DNA from: Actinomycetota bacterium
Lineage (GTDB): Bacteria; Actinomycetota; CADDZG01; WHSQ01
Assembly (NCBI GenBank): GCA_050694275.1
Contig: JBOGXF010000053.1
Coordinates: 8,382 to 72,381 of the forward strand
Length of the DNA: 64,000 nucleotides
Reading direction: 5' to 3'
Position numbers and translations under genes: made by a program. The notes under the pieces were generated by a model that made no database searches, had not been told where the DNA came from, and saw only the letters and a program-made list of their open reading frames with translations. Of this stretch, positions 44,031-55,400 are shown piece by piece. How positions within the stretch are numbered: position 1 is the stretch's first letter; the number at the start of each line of letters is the position of its first letter.

Positions 44031-45530
44031 CTAGTCCCGGAGCGCGTTGTGGGCCGCGACCGCCTTGAGCACACCCTCGGCCTTGCGCCGGGTCTCGTCC
44101 GCTTCGCTCTCCGCCACCGAGTCCGCTACGACTCCGGCCCCCGCCTGGACGTAGGCCCGGCCGTTCGTCGCCACCACGGTGCGGATCGCAATGCACGTGT
44201 CGAGGTTGCCGGAGAAGTCGAAATACCCCACGACCCCGGCGTATGGGCCGCGGCGAGTGACTTCGAGAGCGTCGATGATCTCCATCGCTCGCACCTTGGG
44301 GGCCCCGGACACCGTGCCGGCCGGAAAGCACGCTGCCAGAGCGTCGAAAGCGGTCCGGTCGGGAGCGAGCCGGCCGCTGACGCTCGACACGATGTGCATC
44401 ACGTGCGAATAGCGCTCGACCACCATCAGCTCGTCGACGTTCACCGTGCCGTAGCGAGCCACCCGGCCGACGTCGTTTCGAGCGAGATCGACGAGCATCA
44501 CGTGCTCGGCTCGCTCTTTCTCGTCGGCGAGAAGCGACTCTTCGAGGGCGCGGTCCTCTTCCTCGGTTCGACCGCGGCGAAGAGTGCCGGCGATTGGACG
44601 CGCCACGATGAGATCGCCCTCCACTCGCACCAGAGGCTCCGGAGAGGAACCCGCGATCTCGATGGTGTCCGCCCGTCCTTCGGGACCGAACCTGAGGAAA
44701 TACATATAAGGGCTCGGGTTGAGCATGCGCAGCGCGCGGTAGGCGCCGAACACTGAGCCGTCCACCGGGGTTTCGAAGCGACGCGACGGGACCACCTGGA
44801 AGATGTCGCCGGCGAAGATGTGTTCCTTCGCCAGTTCCACCCATTTGGCGTACTCGTCGTCGTCGACGACCGAAGAGAACTCGACCGGCAGGTCCAGGTC
44901 CGGCGAGAACGACGGTGCCGATAGCGGTGCCGACAGCCGATCGATCATCTCTTCGCATCTCCCCACCGCCTCGTCGTAGGCCGCTTTCGGATCGTCGGGC
45001 GTCGCGACGTTGGTGATGACGAAAGCGCGTTGCGCAAGGTGATCGAAAACCACAAACGTGCGCGTGAGCAGAAGGGCCAGGTCCGGGAGCCCGAGATCGT
45101 CCGGCGGGGGGTCCGGCAATCGCTCGAGCTCGCGGACGCAGTCGTAACCCAGGAAGCCCACGGCCCCGCCGTGAAGCGGTGGGAGCCCCTCGAGCCGCGG
45201 CGAGGTGCATCTCGAAAGAAGCCGCTTAACGTACGCGAGCGGCCCCTCGCCCGCTTCGGGCACCACCGGAGGGTTGCCCTCCACTTCGACCTCGCCATGC
45301 CGGGCCGTCACGAACGCGAACGCGTCGCCTCCGAGAAACGAGTAGCGCGCCCAGCGTTCCCCTCCCTCGACGCTTTCGAGAAGAAACGCGTTGTCGAGGT
45401 CGCGGCCGACTCGCAGGTATGCGGCGACGGGAGTCTGTGTGTCTGCAAGAATCTCGCGCCACACGGGAACGACGGTGTAGCGACTGCACAGGGCCTCGAA
45501 CTCGGCCCGGTCCGGAAGGTAGTTGCTCAC
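44031..45530 (-). CDS. trpE: Anthranilate synthase component I
   Basis: ..[18 protein letters not shown].., ..FQVVPSRRF.., ..[17 protein letters not shown].. and ..[11 protein letters not shown].. The start is assigned to the GTG at 45528-45530, overlapping the hisI stop (GTGA). The track ORF extends to 45722 across hisI. Confidence 0.92.
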   Translation of the reverse strand: MSNYLPDRAEFEALCSRYTVVPVWREILADTQTPVAAYLRVGRDLDNAFLLESVEGGERWARYSFLGGDAFAFVTARHGEVEVEGNPPVVPEAGEGPLAYVKRLLSRCTSPRLEGLPPLHGGAVGFLGYDCVRELERLPDPPPDDLGLPDLALLLTRTFVVFDHLAQRAFVITNVATPDDPKAAYDEAVGRCEEMIDRLSAPLSAPSFSPDLDLPVEFSSVVDDDEYAKWVELAKEHIFAGDIFQVVPSRRFETPVDGSVFGAYRALRMLNPSPYMYFLRFGPEGRADTIEIAGSSPEPLVRVEGDLIVARPIAGTLRRGRTEEEDRALEESLLADEKERAEHVMLVDLARNDVGRVARYGTVNVDELMVVERYSHVMHIVSSVSGRLAPDRTAFDALAACFPAGTVSGAPKVRAMEIIDALEVTRRGPYAGVVGYFDFSGNLDTCIAIRTVVATNGRAYVQAGAGVVADSVAESEADETRRKAEGVLKAVAAHNALRD

Positions 45531-45859
45531 GATTGCCGGGAGCGGTCGAACGATCGAAAAAAGCACGAGTACTCCCCGGTGTGGCACGCGGGGCCCTGTG
45601 GCTCCACGAGCATCAACAGCGCGTCTGCGTCGCAGTCGTACCGGACCTCGACCACCCTCTGCGTGTTGCCAGAGGTAGCCCCTTTGTTCCAGTACTCGCG
45701 CCGCGATCTGCTCCAGAACCACGTCGTTTTCGACTCGAGAGTTCGGCGCACCGCCTCGGCGTCGACGTAGGCAAGCATCAGGACCTCTTTGGTCTTTGCG
45801 TCCTGGACGATCGCCGGCGCAAGCCCCTTTTCGTCGTAGACGAGGTCTTCCGGGCGCAT
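45527..45859 (-). CDS. hisI: Phosphoribosyl-AMP cyclohydrolase
   Basis: ..[22 protein letters not shown].., ..[19 protein letters not shown].. and ..[21 protein letters not shown].. Confidence 0.92.
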   Translation of the reverse strand: MRPEDLVYDEKGLAPAIVQDAKTKEVLMLAYVDAEAVRRTLESKTTWFWSRSRREYWNKGATSGNTQRVVEVRYDCDADALLMLVEPQGPACHTGEYSCFFRSFDRSRQS

Positions 45860-45861
45860 GG

Positions 45862-46998
45862 CTATAGCTCCAGGTCGTAGGGGAAGGGGTCGGTGAAGTG
45901 CTCGACGCGGTCTTCCGTCACGAGGACGGTGTCTTCGAGCCTTACTCCCCCGATCCCGAAGAAGTAGAGGCCCGGCTCGACGGCGACGACGTCGCCGGCC
46001 ACGAGTGCATCGGCGCGACCTCTCAAGTTGGGTTTCTCGTGCACCTCGAGGCCGACCCCGTGCCCGAGGGCATGAGAGAAGCCCTCCTTGAGCTGCCCTG
46101 GATCGTGTTTCTGCGTGGGAAACCCCTGTTCGTGGAAATACCCGGCGACTCGCAGGTAGGCATCGTCGGCTCCGGGCCTCAGGGCGTCAAACGCGATGTC
46201 GAGGGCGGTCCGGCAGTGGCGGTGCAACTCCCGCACTTCGGTCGACGGCTCGCCGGAAACGAACGTGCGGGTCATGTCGGTGTAGGCGCCCGTTCTGCGA
46301 TCGCGCGGGTAGCAGTCGATCACGATGGTCGCGTTTGGAGCGATCGGCCCCCGGCCCGGGTCGTGGCCCCTCAAACAGGCGTCCCCGCACTGGACGAGGA
46401 TCTCCTCGCTCTCGGCCCCGAGGGAGATCAGTTCGTTGCTCATCGCCTCCCTTATCCACTCCGCGGTAAGCACGTCGCCATCGAAACGAAGCTCGCCCCT
46501 AAACGTGGGCTCGGCCTCGCGTATCATGCGCGCCGCGACGAGCATCGCCGTGTCTGCCGCTCTCTGGGCCCGCTCGATGCCTTCGATTTCCCAAGGGGCC
46601 TTCTGCCGTCTTCTTTCGGACCACGCTTCGGCGTCGATTTGTACCTCGATGCCCTTGCGGCGCAGATAATCGGCAACCAACACATCGAGCGTCGGAGGCA
46701 CTGCGACTCTGGACGCACCCACCCGTTCCAGAGCCCGCGACGCGATCTCCGGCCAGATGTCGTGGTGCGGTACGTCGTGATCGTCGACCAGGTCGCGGTA
46801 GCCGAGCGAGTGCGCGTCCCAGAACTCGTCGATCACGTCATCCCGCCCGGAGAGGAGATCCTTCTCGAGCACAGATCCAACGACCACCCGTTTGCCGTCG
46901 TGCTCGATGAAGGCGAGCGTGTCGCCGACGGGCTCGGCGATCTCGTGCCGCAGCTCGGGGCTCCTCAGGGCATCGCCGTATAAAAAGAAGGTCGTCAT
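45862..46998 (-). CDS. M24B-family Xaa-Pro aminopeptidase/dipeptidase embedded in the his operon
   Basis: Pita-bread metal ligands are all present: ..VIDCYPRD.., ..YTDMTRTF.., ..[15 protein letters not shown].., ..[10 protein letters not shown].. and ..VRLEDTVLV.. The ATG at 46996-46998 overlaps the hisF stop (ATGA). The stop is 2 nt before the hisI start. Confidence 0.85.
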   Translation of the reverse strand: MTTFFLYGDALRSPELRHEIAEPVGDTLAFIEHDGKRVVVGSVLEKDLLSGRDDVIDEFWDAHSLGYRDLVDDHDVPHHDIWPEIASRALERVGASRVAVPPTLDVLVADYLRRKGIEVQIDAEAWSERRRQKAPWEIEGIERAQRAADTAMLVAARMIREAEPTFRGELRFDGDVLTAEWIREAMSNELISLGAESEEILVQCGDACLRGHDPGRGPIAPNATIVIDCYPRDRRTGAYTDMTRTFVSGEPSTEVRELHRHCRTALDIAFDALRPGADDAYLRVAGYFHEQGFPTQKHDPGQLKEGFSHALGHGVGLEVHEKPNLRGRADALVAGDVVAVEPGLYFFGIGGVRLEDTVLVTEDRVEHFTDPFPYDLEL

Positions 46999-47768
46999 GG
47001 GCGGGGAATCCTAACTGCGAGGCCGCGCTCCTGAAGCGCTCGCTTGGCGTCGAGGACCGAGAAAATCCCGAAATGGAAGACCGACGCGGCCAGCGCCGCC
47101 TCCGCACCGCCCCGCGCGGGATCGACCGCGTCGGCGAGGTGCTCGGGGGAGCCCGCTCCACCGGACGCGATGACCGGCACACCCACGGCGTCGACCACGC
47201 GCCGGGTGAGCTCGAGGTCGTAACCGTCGGTCGTCCCGTCTCGGTCCATGGAGGTGAGAAGGATCTCGCCGGCCCCCAGATCGCACACCCGCTCGGCCCA
47301 GCCGACCGCGTCGAGCCCGGTCGGAGTCCGGCCGCCCTCCACGCAGACCTCCCAGAAGCCCGCCTTGGAACGGCGCGCGTCAATGGCCGCCACGATGGCC
47401 TGGGAGCCGAACTCGTCGGACGCAGCGCGCACCAGGAGGGGATCCTCGACGGCCGCGGTGTTCATCGAAACCTTGTCCGCGCCGGCCCGCAGCAGCTTGC
47501 GGACGTCGTCCACGTTTCGGACCCCACCTCCGACCGTGAACGGGATGAACAGGGTCTCGGCCGTTCGGGTCGCGACGTCGTAGATGAGCTCGCGCTCCTC
47601 GTGGGACGCGGTGATGTCGAGGAACACCAGCTCGTCGGCGCCCTCGGCGTCGTAGCGTGCCGCCAGCTCGACCGGATCGCCGGCGTCGCGCAGGTCGACG
47701 AACTTGACGCCCTTGACGACTCGGCCCTTGTCGACGTCGAGGCAGGGAATGATGCGCTTGGCCAGCAT
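46995..47768 (-). CDS. hisF: Imidazole glycerol phosphate synthase cyclase subunit
   Basis: [23 protein letters not shown].., ..[10 protein letters not shown].. and ..[10 protein letters not shown].. Confidence 0.96.
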   Translation of the reverse strand: MLAKRIIPCLDVDKGRVVKGVKFVDLRDAGDPVELAARYDAEGADELVFLDITASHEERELIYDVATRTAETLFIPFTVGGGVRNVDDVRKLLRAGADKVSMNTAAVEDPLLVRAASDEFGSQAIVAAIDARRSKAGFWEVCVEGGRTPTGLDAVGWAERVCDLGAGEILLTSMDRDGTTDGYDLELTRRVVDAVGVPVIASGGAGSPEHLADAVDPARGGAEAALAASVFHFGIFSVLDAKRALQERGLAVRIPRP

Positions 47769-47791
47769 CTCACCAGGTTACGGTGGGGTGA

Positions 47792-48562
47792 TTACTCGGG
47801 GGGCAGCGGCTCTTCGGCTTCCAGCGCCGCGGCCTCGTCGGCCGCCCAGTTGGCCTCGGCGACCCCAAACTTCTGCTCGTAGAGGGCGCGGCCCACGATC
47901 GCTCCCCGAAGGCCGAGCGAGTGCAGGCGCGCCACGGAGCGGAGCTCCTCGAGCGAACCGATTCCCCCCGACGCGATGACCGGCAGGGCGGTGGTCTCCG
48001 CGAGCCGGATGAGCCCACCGACGTTCGGGCCCGACATCGTCCCGTCGCGGGTCACGTCGGTGTAGATGAACAGACCGACGCCGGCCGACTCGAATCGTTC
48101 AACCGCGTCGATCACCGGTACGCCACTTCCGACGGTCCAGCCGTGCGACGCGAGCTCCCCGCCACGGGCGTCGAGAGATACGGCGATGCGATCTCCGTAT
48201 CGTTTACACGCCCGCTCGAGAGCGGCCGGATCTTCGAGCGCGACCGTCCCCAGCACGGCGCGGCTCGCGCCGGCGGCGATGACCTCCTCGACGTCTTCGA
48301 GGCTCCTGAGGCCGCCCCCCGCCTGAACCGGGCAGGACGCGCGCTTCACCGCTTCGATCACCAGCTCCCGGTTCTCGGCCACTCCCGTCTTCGCGCCGTC
48401 GAGATCCACGATGTGAAGCCAGCGCGCCCCGGCCCGGCAGAAGCCGAGCGCGACCTCGACCGGATCGTCCGAGTAGACGGTCTCGGTCCCGAAACGTCCT
48501 TGAAGGAGCCGCACGCAACGACCCTCGGAGATGTCGACCGCGGGCAAGACCGCGAAGGTCAT
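47792..48562 (-). CDS. hisA: HisA/PriA-type phosphoribosyl isomerase
   Basis: ..LPAVDISEGRCVRLLQG.., ..LHIVDLDGA.. and ..VIASGGIGSLEEL.. Whether it is the bifunctional PriA of Actinobacteria cannot be told from sequence alone. Confidence 0.9.
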   Translation of the reverse strand: MTFAVLPAVDISEGRCVRLLQGRFGTETVYSDDPVEVALGFCRAGARWLHIVDLDGAKTGVAENRELVIEAVKRASCPVQAGGGLRSLEDVEEVIAAGASRAVLGTVALEDPAALERACKRYGDRIAVSLDARGGELASHGWTVGSGVPVIDAVERFESAGVGLFIYTDVTRDGTMSGPNVGGLIRLAETTALPVIASGGIGSLEELRSVARLHSLGLRGAIVGRALYEQKFGVAEANWAADEAAALEAEEPLPPE

Positions 48563-49134
48563 GCGGCCGCCTTAGCCCAACGGCTCAACAGATCGATGCC
48601 GGCTCGTCCGCTTTTCTCGGGATGGAATTGCACCGCGGTGATGGATCCGGTCTCGATCCACGCGGCGAACCGATCGCCGTGCTCGCACCATCCCGCAACG
48701 TCGGACTCGTCGCTCGGGTGCGGGGCATATGAATGGTCGAAATAGAAATACTCGTCGTCGACACGATTCCATCCGATGTGAGGCACGGTCACCGACTCGG
48801 GAAGTCGAGTCACACTGCCCGGCACGATGCCGAGTCCTGGGCCCCCGCCGCGCTCCTCGCTCTCGTCAAACAGCACCTGCATACCCAGGCAGATCCCGAG
48901 ATAGGGACGTTCTTTTGCGATCCAGTCCCGCACGGACTCGTCGAGGCCGCCCGACGACAGGTTCGTCACGCACCGGCCGAAGATGCCCTGACCGGGAACG
49001 CACATCGCGGCGCACCGGTCGATCGTGGAACGGTCCGAGGTCAGCACGACGTCCGCTCCGGCGGCCTCGAGCGCCTTGGCGACGCTTCGAAGGTTTCCCA
49101 TCCCGTGATCGATCAGCGCCGTCCGAAGGGTCAC
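48559..49134 (-). CDS. hisH: Imidazole glycerol phosphate synthase glutaminase subunit
   Basis: ..ALIDHGMGNLRSVAKALE.., ..PYLGICLGMQVLF.. (the catalytic Cys) and ..VQFHPEKSG.. The start is assigned to the GTG at 49132-49134, overlapping the hisB stop (GTGA). Confidence 0.9.
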   Translation of the reverse strand: MTLRTALIDHGMGNLRSVAKALEAAGADVVLTSDRSTIDRCAAMCVPGQGIFGRCVTNLSSGGLDESVRDWIAKERPYLGICLGMQVLFDESEERGGGPGLGIVPGSVTRLPESVTVPHIGWNRVDDEYFYFDHSYAPHPSDESDVAGWCEHGDRFAAWIETGSITAVQFHPEKSGRAGIDLLSRWAKAAA

Positions 49135-49721
49135 AGAACTCCCTTGGTCGAGGGAATGTCCCCCGGCGATCTCGGATCGATCGACACCGCTTCGCCCAGC
49201 GCGCGGGCGAGACCCTTGAAGACCGCCTCGACGCAATGGTGTGCGTTGCGTCCGGCTAGCAATCGGACGTGAAGGGTCAGTCCCCCGCTGCGGGCGAAGG
49301 CCTGGAGGAACTCCTCGGTGAGCACGGTGTCGTACTGGCCGATCGTCTCGGCCGGCACGTTCGCCTCGTACACGAGCAAGGGCCGGCCCGAGATATCGAG
49401 CGCGACCTGGGCGAGGGCCTCCTCCATCGGCACCAGCGCGTCGCCGTAGCGCCGGATCCCGCGCTTGTCGCCGATCGCCTGAACCAGCGCCTCCCCCAGA
49501 ACGATGCCGACGTCCTCGACCGTGTGGTGCGCATCGACCTCGAGGTCACCGGCGGCCTCGATCACCAGACCGAGCCGGCCGTGTCGCCCGAGCTGATCGA
49601 GCATGTGGTCGAAGAACGGGACTCCGGTAGATGCCTCGACCGAACCCCCGGCGAGGTCGAGCTCGGCCGTGACCTTGGTCTCACCGGTCTGTCGCTCGAC
49701 GCGGGCGCGCCGATCACTCAT
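49131..49721 (-). CDS. hisB: Imidazoleglycerol-phosphate dehydratase (monofunctional)
   Basis: ..RETGETKV.., ..TGVPFFDHMLDQL.., ..DAHHTVEDVGIVLG.. and ..GRNAHHCVEAVFK.. At 196 aa it has no phosphatase domain. Confidence 0.96.
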   Translation of the reverse strand: MSDRRARVERQTGETKVTAELDLAGGSVEASTGVPFFDHMLDQLGRHGRLGLVIEAAGDLEVDAHHTVEDVGIVLGEALVQAIGDKRGIRRYGDALVPMEEALAQVALDISGRPLLVYEANVPAETIGQYDTVLTEEFLQAFARSGGLTLHVRLLAGRNAHHCVEAVFKGLARALGEAVSIDPRSPGDIPSTKGVL

Positions 49722-50793
49722 CCATGACCTCTTCCATCGCCCGCACGAACGCGTCGGATTCCTCCGGCAGCCCCGCGGTCACCCGGAGGCATCCCTCGAG
49801 CCCCGGATAATCCGAATAGTTGCGGATGAGCACACCGCGCTCGAGCAGCCCCTCCCAGATGCGGTTCGGCTCCTCGACCTGGAACATCACGAAGTTAGCT
49901 TTCGACGGAAAAGTCTTGATTCCCATCGCCTGAAGCTCGATTGCGATCCGATCGCGTTCCTCCCCCAAGGCTTTCGCCGGCTCGAGCGTCTCGGACACGT
50001 GTCGGATGGCGGCCGCGCCGATCCTCTGGGTGATGCTCCCTAGGTGGTACGGCAGACCCACGCGGGCTATCCCATCGACGATCTCGGGGGCGGCCAGCAG
50101 GTAGCCGATCCTCGCCCCCGCAAGCCGCCAGGCCTTCGAGAAAGTCTTCACGAGCACGAGATTTCGATGCTCGTAGAGGAGCGGGCGCACGCTGTCCGAG
50201 GCATCGGCGAACTCACCGTACGCCTCGTCGACCACCACCAGGCCATCGGTCTCGGCGGCGAGGGCGCGGACCGTGTCGTGCAGCTCGCACCCGCCGCTGG
50301 GATTGTTTGGCGAACACACCAGGACGACCGTCGGCCGGTGCTCGTGGATGGCCGCGATCGCCGAGTTGAGCTCTATCGCATAATCCTCGGCGCGCTGGAC
50401 CTGGAGCGTGTGCGTGCCGGCGATCCGGGGGATCAGGGTGTGCAGCGAGTAGGTGGGCTCGAACGTGAGCGAGATTCGTCCCGGCCCCCCGTAAGCGAGA
50501 AAGAGGTGCATGAAGACCTCGTTCGAGCCGTTCGCGACCCACAAGCCGTCACGCGGCCACCCGGTGAGCTCCGAGAGGCTGGATAGAAGGTCGGCGGCGT
50601 CGCGGTCCGGGTAGCGATTGAGAGCGAGATCCTGAAGGTCGGCGATGACGTCTTCGAGCACCCCAGCGGGAGGCGGGTAGGGCGACTCGTTCGTGTTCAT
50701 CCGGTACCGAGCGGGCTGCTGCGGCGATACGTACGGTTCGACGTCCTCAAGATCGGGTCGCACCGACAACAGATAGCGTTCGGCCACCGTCAC
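49714..50793 (-). CDS. hisC: Histidinol-phosphate aminotransferase
   Basis: ..MNTNESPYPPP.., ..VCSPNNPSG.. and ..KTFSKAWRLAGARIGY.. (the PLP Lys). The start is assigned to the GTG at 50791-50793, overlapping the hisD stop (GTGA), with an alternative ATG at 50823. Confidence 0.9.
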   Translation of the reverse strand: MTVAERYLLSVRPDLEDVEPYVSPQQPARYRMNTNESPYPPPAGVLEDVIADLQDLALNRYPDRDAADLLSSLSELTGWPRDGLWVANGSNEVFMHLFLAYGGPGRISLTFEPTYSLHTLIPRIAGTHTLQVQRAEDYAIELNSAIAAIHEHRPTVVLVCSPNNPSGGCELHDTVRALAAETDGLVVVDEAYGEFADASDSVRPLLYEHRNLVLVKTFSKAWRLAGARIGYLLAAPEIVDGIARVGLPYHLGSITQRIGAAAIRHVSETLEPAKALGEERDRIAIELQAMGIKTFPSKANFVMFQVEEPNRIWEGLLERGVLIRNYSDYPGLEGCLRVTAGLPEESDAFVRAMEEVMDE

Positions 50794-52088
50794 TTCCTCC
50801 CGGAACGATCCAGCCTCGCCCATACCGCACGGGCGTGCGCCAGTAGGCCTTCGGCCTCGGCGAGCGCATCAACGTGCGGGGCGAGACGCGCAAGCGCGCT
50901 CGGCTCGAGGCCCGAGACGTAGATGCGTTTGACGAAGTCGCCGACCCCGAGGCCCGATGACCACCGCGCTGCGCCCCCGCTGGGAAGTATGTGGTTCGTA
51001 CCAGCGACGTAATCCCCCATCGACACCGGCGAGGCCGCTCCAACGAACACCGCGCCCGCGTTGCGCACCTCGTCGAGTAAGTCGAGCGCTCCCGCGCACA
51101 CGAGCTCGAGGTGCTCGGGAGCGAATGCGTTGGCTGTGTCGATGGCGTGGGCGAGATCGCGCACCACCACCGTGCATCCCCCTTCGATCAGCGCGTTCTC
51201 GACATCTTCGGGCCTCTCGTGGCGTGCGACCTCTATCTCGAGGGCGGCGTTCACCCGCTCGGCGAGCTCGGCCGATGGGGTGATCAGGACATACGCGCCA
51301 TGGGGGCCGTGCTCGGCCTGCGCGACGATGTCGGCCGCGAGCACGTCGGGCGCTGCGGTCTCGTCGGCGACGATCGCGATCTCTGTCGGCCCCGCGTCTG
51401 AATCGGTCCCGACCCACCCCCGGACCGAGCGCTTCGCGAGAATCACGTAGACGTTGCCGGGACCGACGATCTTTTCGACCGGTCGCACCGAGATCGTCCC
51501 ATAGGCGAACGCCGCGATCGCCTGGGCGCCCCCCATGCGGTAGACCTCGTCTATACCGACCACCGTGCATGCAGCGAGGACGGCCTCGGCGATCTCGCCA
51601 CCGGGGGAAGGCGGCGAGCAAACCGCGATCCCCTCGACCCCGGCCACCTGCGCGGGGACGGCCGCCATGACCACGGTCGACGGGTATGCGGCCCGGCCCC
51701 CCGGGGCGTAGATCCCGACCCGCCGAAGAGGACGGATGAGTTCGCCGACCAGTTCGTCGTCCTCGCGCTCGAGCCACGTCTCGGGCAGCTGCCGTTCGCT
51801 CGTGCGACGCAGCCTCGCGGCCATCACCTCGAGCGCGTCGATAACTTCGGGGCGCACGAGCGAACGCGCCTTTTCGATTGTCGTTTCGTCGACCCTCAGG
51901 TCCTCCGGCGTGAGGCGCGCCCGATCGAGCCGTTCGGTGTGCTCGAGCAACGCGGCGTCGCCGCGCAGCCGGACGTCGTCGACGATCTCGCCGACCGTCT
52001 CCGCCGGGTCACCTTGGGGGCCGACGAGTTTTGGCCGCGGAACGTGTACGGGAGTGCGCTGATCGCGTGCGTCGATGATCTCGAGCAT
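50790..52088 (-). CDS. hisD: Histidinol dehydrogenase
   Basis: ..YAPGGRAAYPSTVVM.., ..GPGNVYV.., ..AGPTEIAIVADE.., ..QAEHGPHG.. and ..VGDYVAGTNHILP.. Confidence 0.96.
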   Translation of the reverse strand: MLEIIDARDQRTPVHVPRPKLVGPQGDPAETVGEIVDDVRLRGDAALLEHTERLDRARLTPEDLRVDETTIEKARSLVRPEVIDALEVMAARLRRTSERQLPETWLEREDDELVGELIRPLRRVGIYAPGGRAAYPSTVVMAAVPAQVAGVEGIAVCSPPSPGGEIAEAVLAACTVVGIDEVYRMGGAQAIAAFAYGTISVRPVEKIVGPGNVYVILAKRSVRGWVGTDSDAGPTEIAIVADETAAPDVLAADIVAQAEHGPHGAYVLITPSAELAERVNAALEIEVARHERPEDVENALIEGGCTVVVRDLAHAIDTANAFAPEHLELVCAGALDLLDEVRNAGAVFVGAASPVSMGDYVAGTNHILPSGGAARWSSGLGVGDFVKRIYVSGLEPSALARLAPHVDALAEAEGLLAHARAVWARLDRSGRK

Positions 52089-52122
52089 GGCACGAGCCTA
52101 CGCGGTCGTGAGCATGGCCGCC

Positions 52123-52371
52123 TTACGTCGGAGTGTGCGCCGGCCAGTCCGCGTTGCACTCGCGGCACACGACCGATCCCAGCATCACGGACAGCCGGGT
52201 TGCGTCACACTCAGGGCAGCGATCGAGCGACTCGGTCCAGCCGGGGTTCTCCGTCTGACACTGCGGACAGACGAGGATCTGCTCGCCGTGCACGACGCCG
52301 CGCGCCCATGGGGACGCTCCCTTGGCCGGATCGGTCTGAACGCGCTGACAGCGATAGCAGGGCACGCCCAA
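52123..52371 (-). CDS. Small cysteine-rich zinc-ribbon protein (four CxxC pairs)
   Basis: 82 aa containing CYRC..CPQC..CPEC..CREC, with good GC3 bias. It lies between dnaE and hisD. Confidence 0.5.
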   Translation of the reverse strand: MGVPCYRCQRVQTDPAKGASPWARGVVHGEQILVCPQCQTENPGWTESLDRCPECDATRLSVMLGSVVCRECNADWPAHTPT

Positions 52372-52464
52372 ATCATCGCCGCTGTTCGCTCAGCGGTCGA
52401 GTGCGAATTGGAGGGACGAGGCGTCCCGCCTCACACTCATGGCCGGGCTCGGCCGCTCGGGGAT

Positions 52465-55400
52465 TTATTGCGTCTCAAACACCGAGGGGCCCAGCAGGGC
52501 TTTGATCTCGGCGTGCAGGCCGTTGCCGGTGTCGACCCACAGCTCGCTCGTCAGTCGCAGAACGGTCTCCTCGCCGCCCACGAGACGAAGAAACACCTGG
52601 GTCGAGCCTGGATGCGCCGCGAGCACCTCCTTGAGCTCGTCGATGACCTTGCCGGAGCACATCTCACGCTGGAGATTGATCACGAGCGGTCGAGCGTCGC
52701 CCAGCTCGGGCTCGTGGAGCTCCATGGCGATCAGCTTGATCGAATCGTCCCGCACGTCTTGGTCGACCCGGCCCTTGACGACCAGGATGGCGTCGGGCCT
52801 CAGCATGGCGGCGTATTGCTCGTGGGCCTTCGGAAATACGATCACCTCGACGCCGGCGCCCGACAGGTCCTCGAGTTGCAGCAAGACCATGATGTCTCCG
52901 CGTTTGGTCACGCGCTTGCGAATGTCGGAGACGAGGCCCCCGACGTTCACCACCTCGCCAGGGGGCCGCGAGTCGAGCGCCGAGATCGGACAGTCGCACA
53001 TACGCGCCAGCAGCCCCTCGACTCCCAGAAGCGGATGGTCGGACACGTACAGTCCGAGCATCTCCTTCTCGCGCGCGAGGAGATAGTCCTTTGGGTACTC
53101 ATCGATCGGGATGGGCGTCTCGTGGTGACCGTTGCCGTTCGGGTCGGGCTCTCCTCCGGAGGAGAACAGAGAGAACTGTCCCGCCTCTTGCTGCTTGCGC
53201 TCGGTGACGACCTCCTGGCAGATGCCCTCGAAAGTCTCGGCCAAGCCCTTGCGCGTGTGGCCCAAAGACTCGAACGCCCCTGCCCACACAAGCGACTCGA
53301 CCGTCTTCTTGTTGAGACATGCGTAATCGACCTTGCGGCAGAAGTCGTAGAAGGATGTGAACTCGCCCTTGCTGCGGCGCGCCTCGATGATCTTTTCGAC
53401 CACCCCTTCGCCGACGTGTCGCACCGCGGACAGCCCGAACCGGATCGAATCGCCGACCGGGGTGAAATCGATCTCGGACGAGTTGACATCCGGCAGCAAG
53501 ACCGGGATGTCCATCTTGCGCGCCATGTGCAGGTACTTGGGCTTGTCGTCCTTGCGGTCCTTGACCGAGGTCAGGAGCGCCGCCATGTACTCGACCGGGT
53601 AGTGCGCTTTGAGCCACGCGGTCTGATACGCGACGTAGGCATACGACGCGGAGTGTGCTCGGTTGAATGAGTAATCGGCGAAAGGCTGGATCAGGTCCCA
53701 CAGCTTCCGCGCCTCTTTCTCGCTCAGGCCGGTCTGCGCGCAGCCCGCGATGAATCGGGGCTCCTCCTTTTTCATGATGTCGCGCTTCTTTTTGCCGATG
53801 GCCTTGCGAACCAGGTCGGCCTCGCCGGGGGTATAGCCGGCCAGCTTTTGGAGCATCTGGACGATCTGCTCCTGATAGACGAGGACTCCGTAGGTCTCTT
53901 TCGTGATGTCCTCGAGCGCGGGATGAAGATAGACGACCTTGCTCGGGTCGAGCTTGCGCTCGATGTAGGTCGGGATCTGCTCCATCGGTCCCGGCCGGTA
54001 CAGCGCGATCAGGGCCATGATCTGCTCGAAGCGGTCGGGCTTGAGCTGATGGATCAGCCGGCGCATGCCCTCGGACTCGAGTTGGAACACGCCGTCCGAG
54101 TCCCCCCTTTGCAGCATCTCGTAGACCTTGGGGTCGTCGAGCTCGAGGGAGTCGACATCGACTTCGACGCCGCGGTTTGCCGCGACGTACTCGCGCGTGA
54201 GATCGATGACCGTCAGGTTCCTCAGCCCCAGGAAGTCCATCTTCAGAAGGCCGAGTTCCTCTACTCCGTTCATATCGAACTGGGTCACGACCTCGCCGTG
54301 CTCGCCGCGCTTGAGCGGGAGATGTTCCACCAGTGGGTCGCGTCCGATCACCACACCTGCGGCGTGGATCCCCGCGGAGCGCTTGAGGTTCTCGACCTTG
54401 AGGGCGACATCGATGATCTCCTTCGCCGCGCCCCCGGCGGCGTATGCCTCGCGCAGCTCGACCGAGGTCTCGAGCGCCTTCTGGAGTCCGGAGTCGCGCC
54501 CCATGATCAGCGGCGGATACATCTTGGTCAGACGGTCGCCGTCGGCGTAGGAGAACCCGAGCACGCGCGCGGCGTCTCGGATCGCCTGCTTCCCCTTGAT
54601 CGTGCCATAGGTGACGATCTGAGCGACACGGTCCTCGCCGTACTTGTCCTGGACATAACGGATGACGTCGCCGCGTTTGCGCTCGTCGAAATCGATGTCG
54701 ATGTCGGGCATCTGCTTGCGTCCGGGGTTCAGGAAGCGCTCGAACATGAGGTCGTAGCGAAGCGGATCGAGCTCGGTGATGCCGAGCGCGTAGGACACGA
54801 CCGAGCCCGCCGCGCTACCCCGGCCGGGGCCGACGCGGATTCCCCGGCGCTTGGCCCAATTGACGAAGTCCTGCACGACGAGGAAGTAGCCGGCGAAGCC
54901 CATGTCGAAGATGACCTTGAGCTCGTAACGGGCGCGGTCGCGGACCTCGGGAGTGACGTCGTCGAAGCGGCGCCTGAGACCCGCTTCCACGAGATCCTCG
55001 AGATGGCCTTCGAGGGTCTTGTTGTCCGGGACCTCGTAGACCGGCAAGACGAGGTTGCCGAGCTGAAGCGTGACGTTGCATCGTTCCGCGACCTCGAGGG
55101 TCGTCTCGCACGCGCCCGGCCAGCGCGCGAACTTCTCGGCCATCTCCTGAGGGGTCTTGAGATAGAACTCGTTCGAGTCGAACTTGAAACGGTTGGGATC
55201 CGACATCTCCGACCCGGTGTTGATGCACAGGAGGACGTCGTGGCCGGCGGCATCGTCTTTGTGGGTGTAGTGCGAGTCGTTGGTCGCGACCCATGCGATG
55301 GCCATCTCCTTGCCGATGGCGACGAGCTCGTCGTTGAGAGCTTGCTGCTCGCGCAGGCCGTGGTCCTGGAGCTCGAGATAGAAGCGGTCGCCGAACAGCT

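Noticed and set aside
43654-45210. N-terminal ~520 aa of track ORF 42898..45210 (770 aa)
   Set aside because: Only the last 251 aa, from MKSIVLVAAIALATTACG, look like a protein. The upstream part is Arg/Gly-rich and overlaps the PRC-barrel gene and trpE on the other frame or strand.
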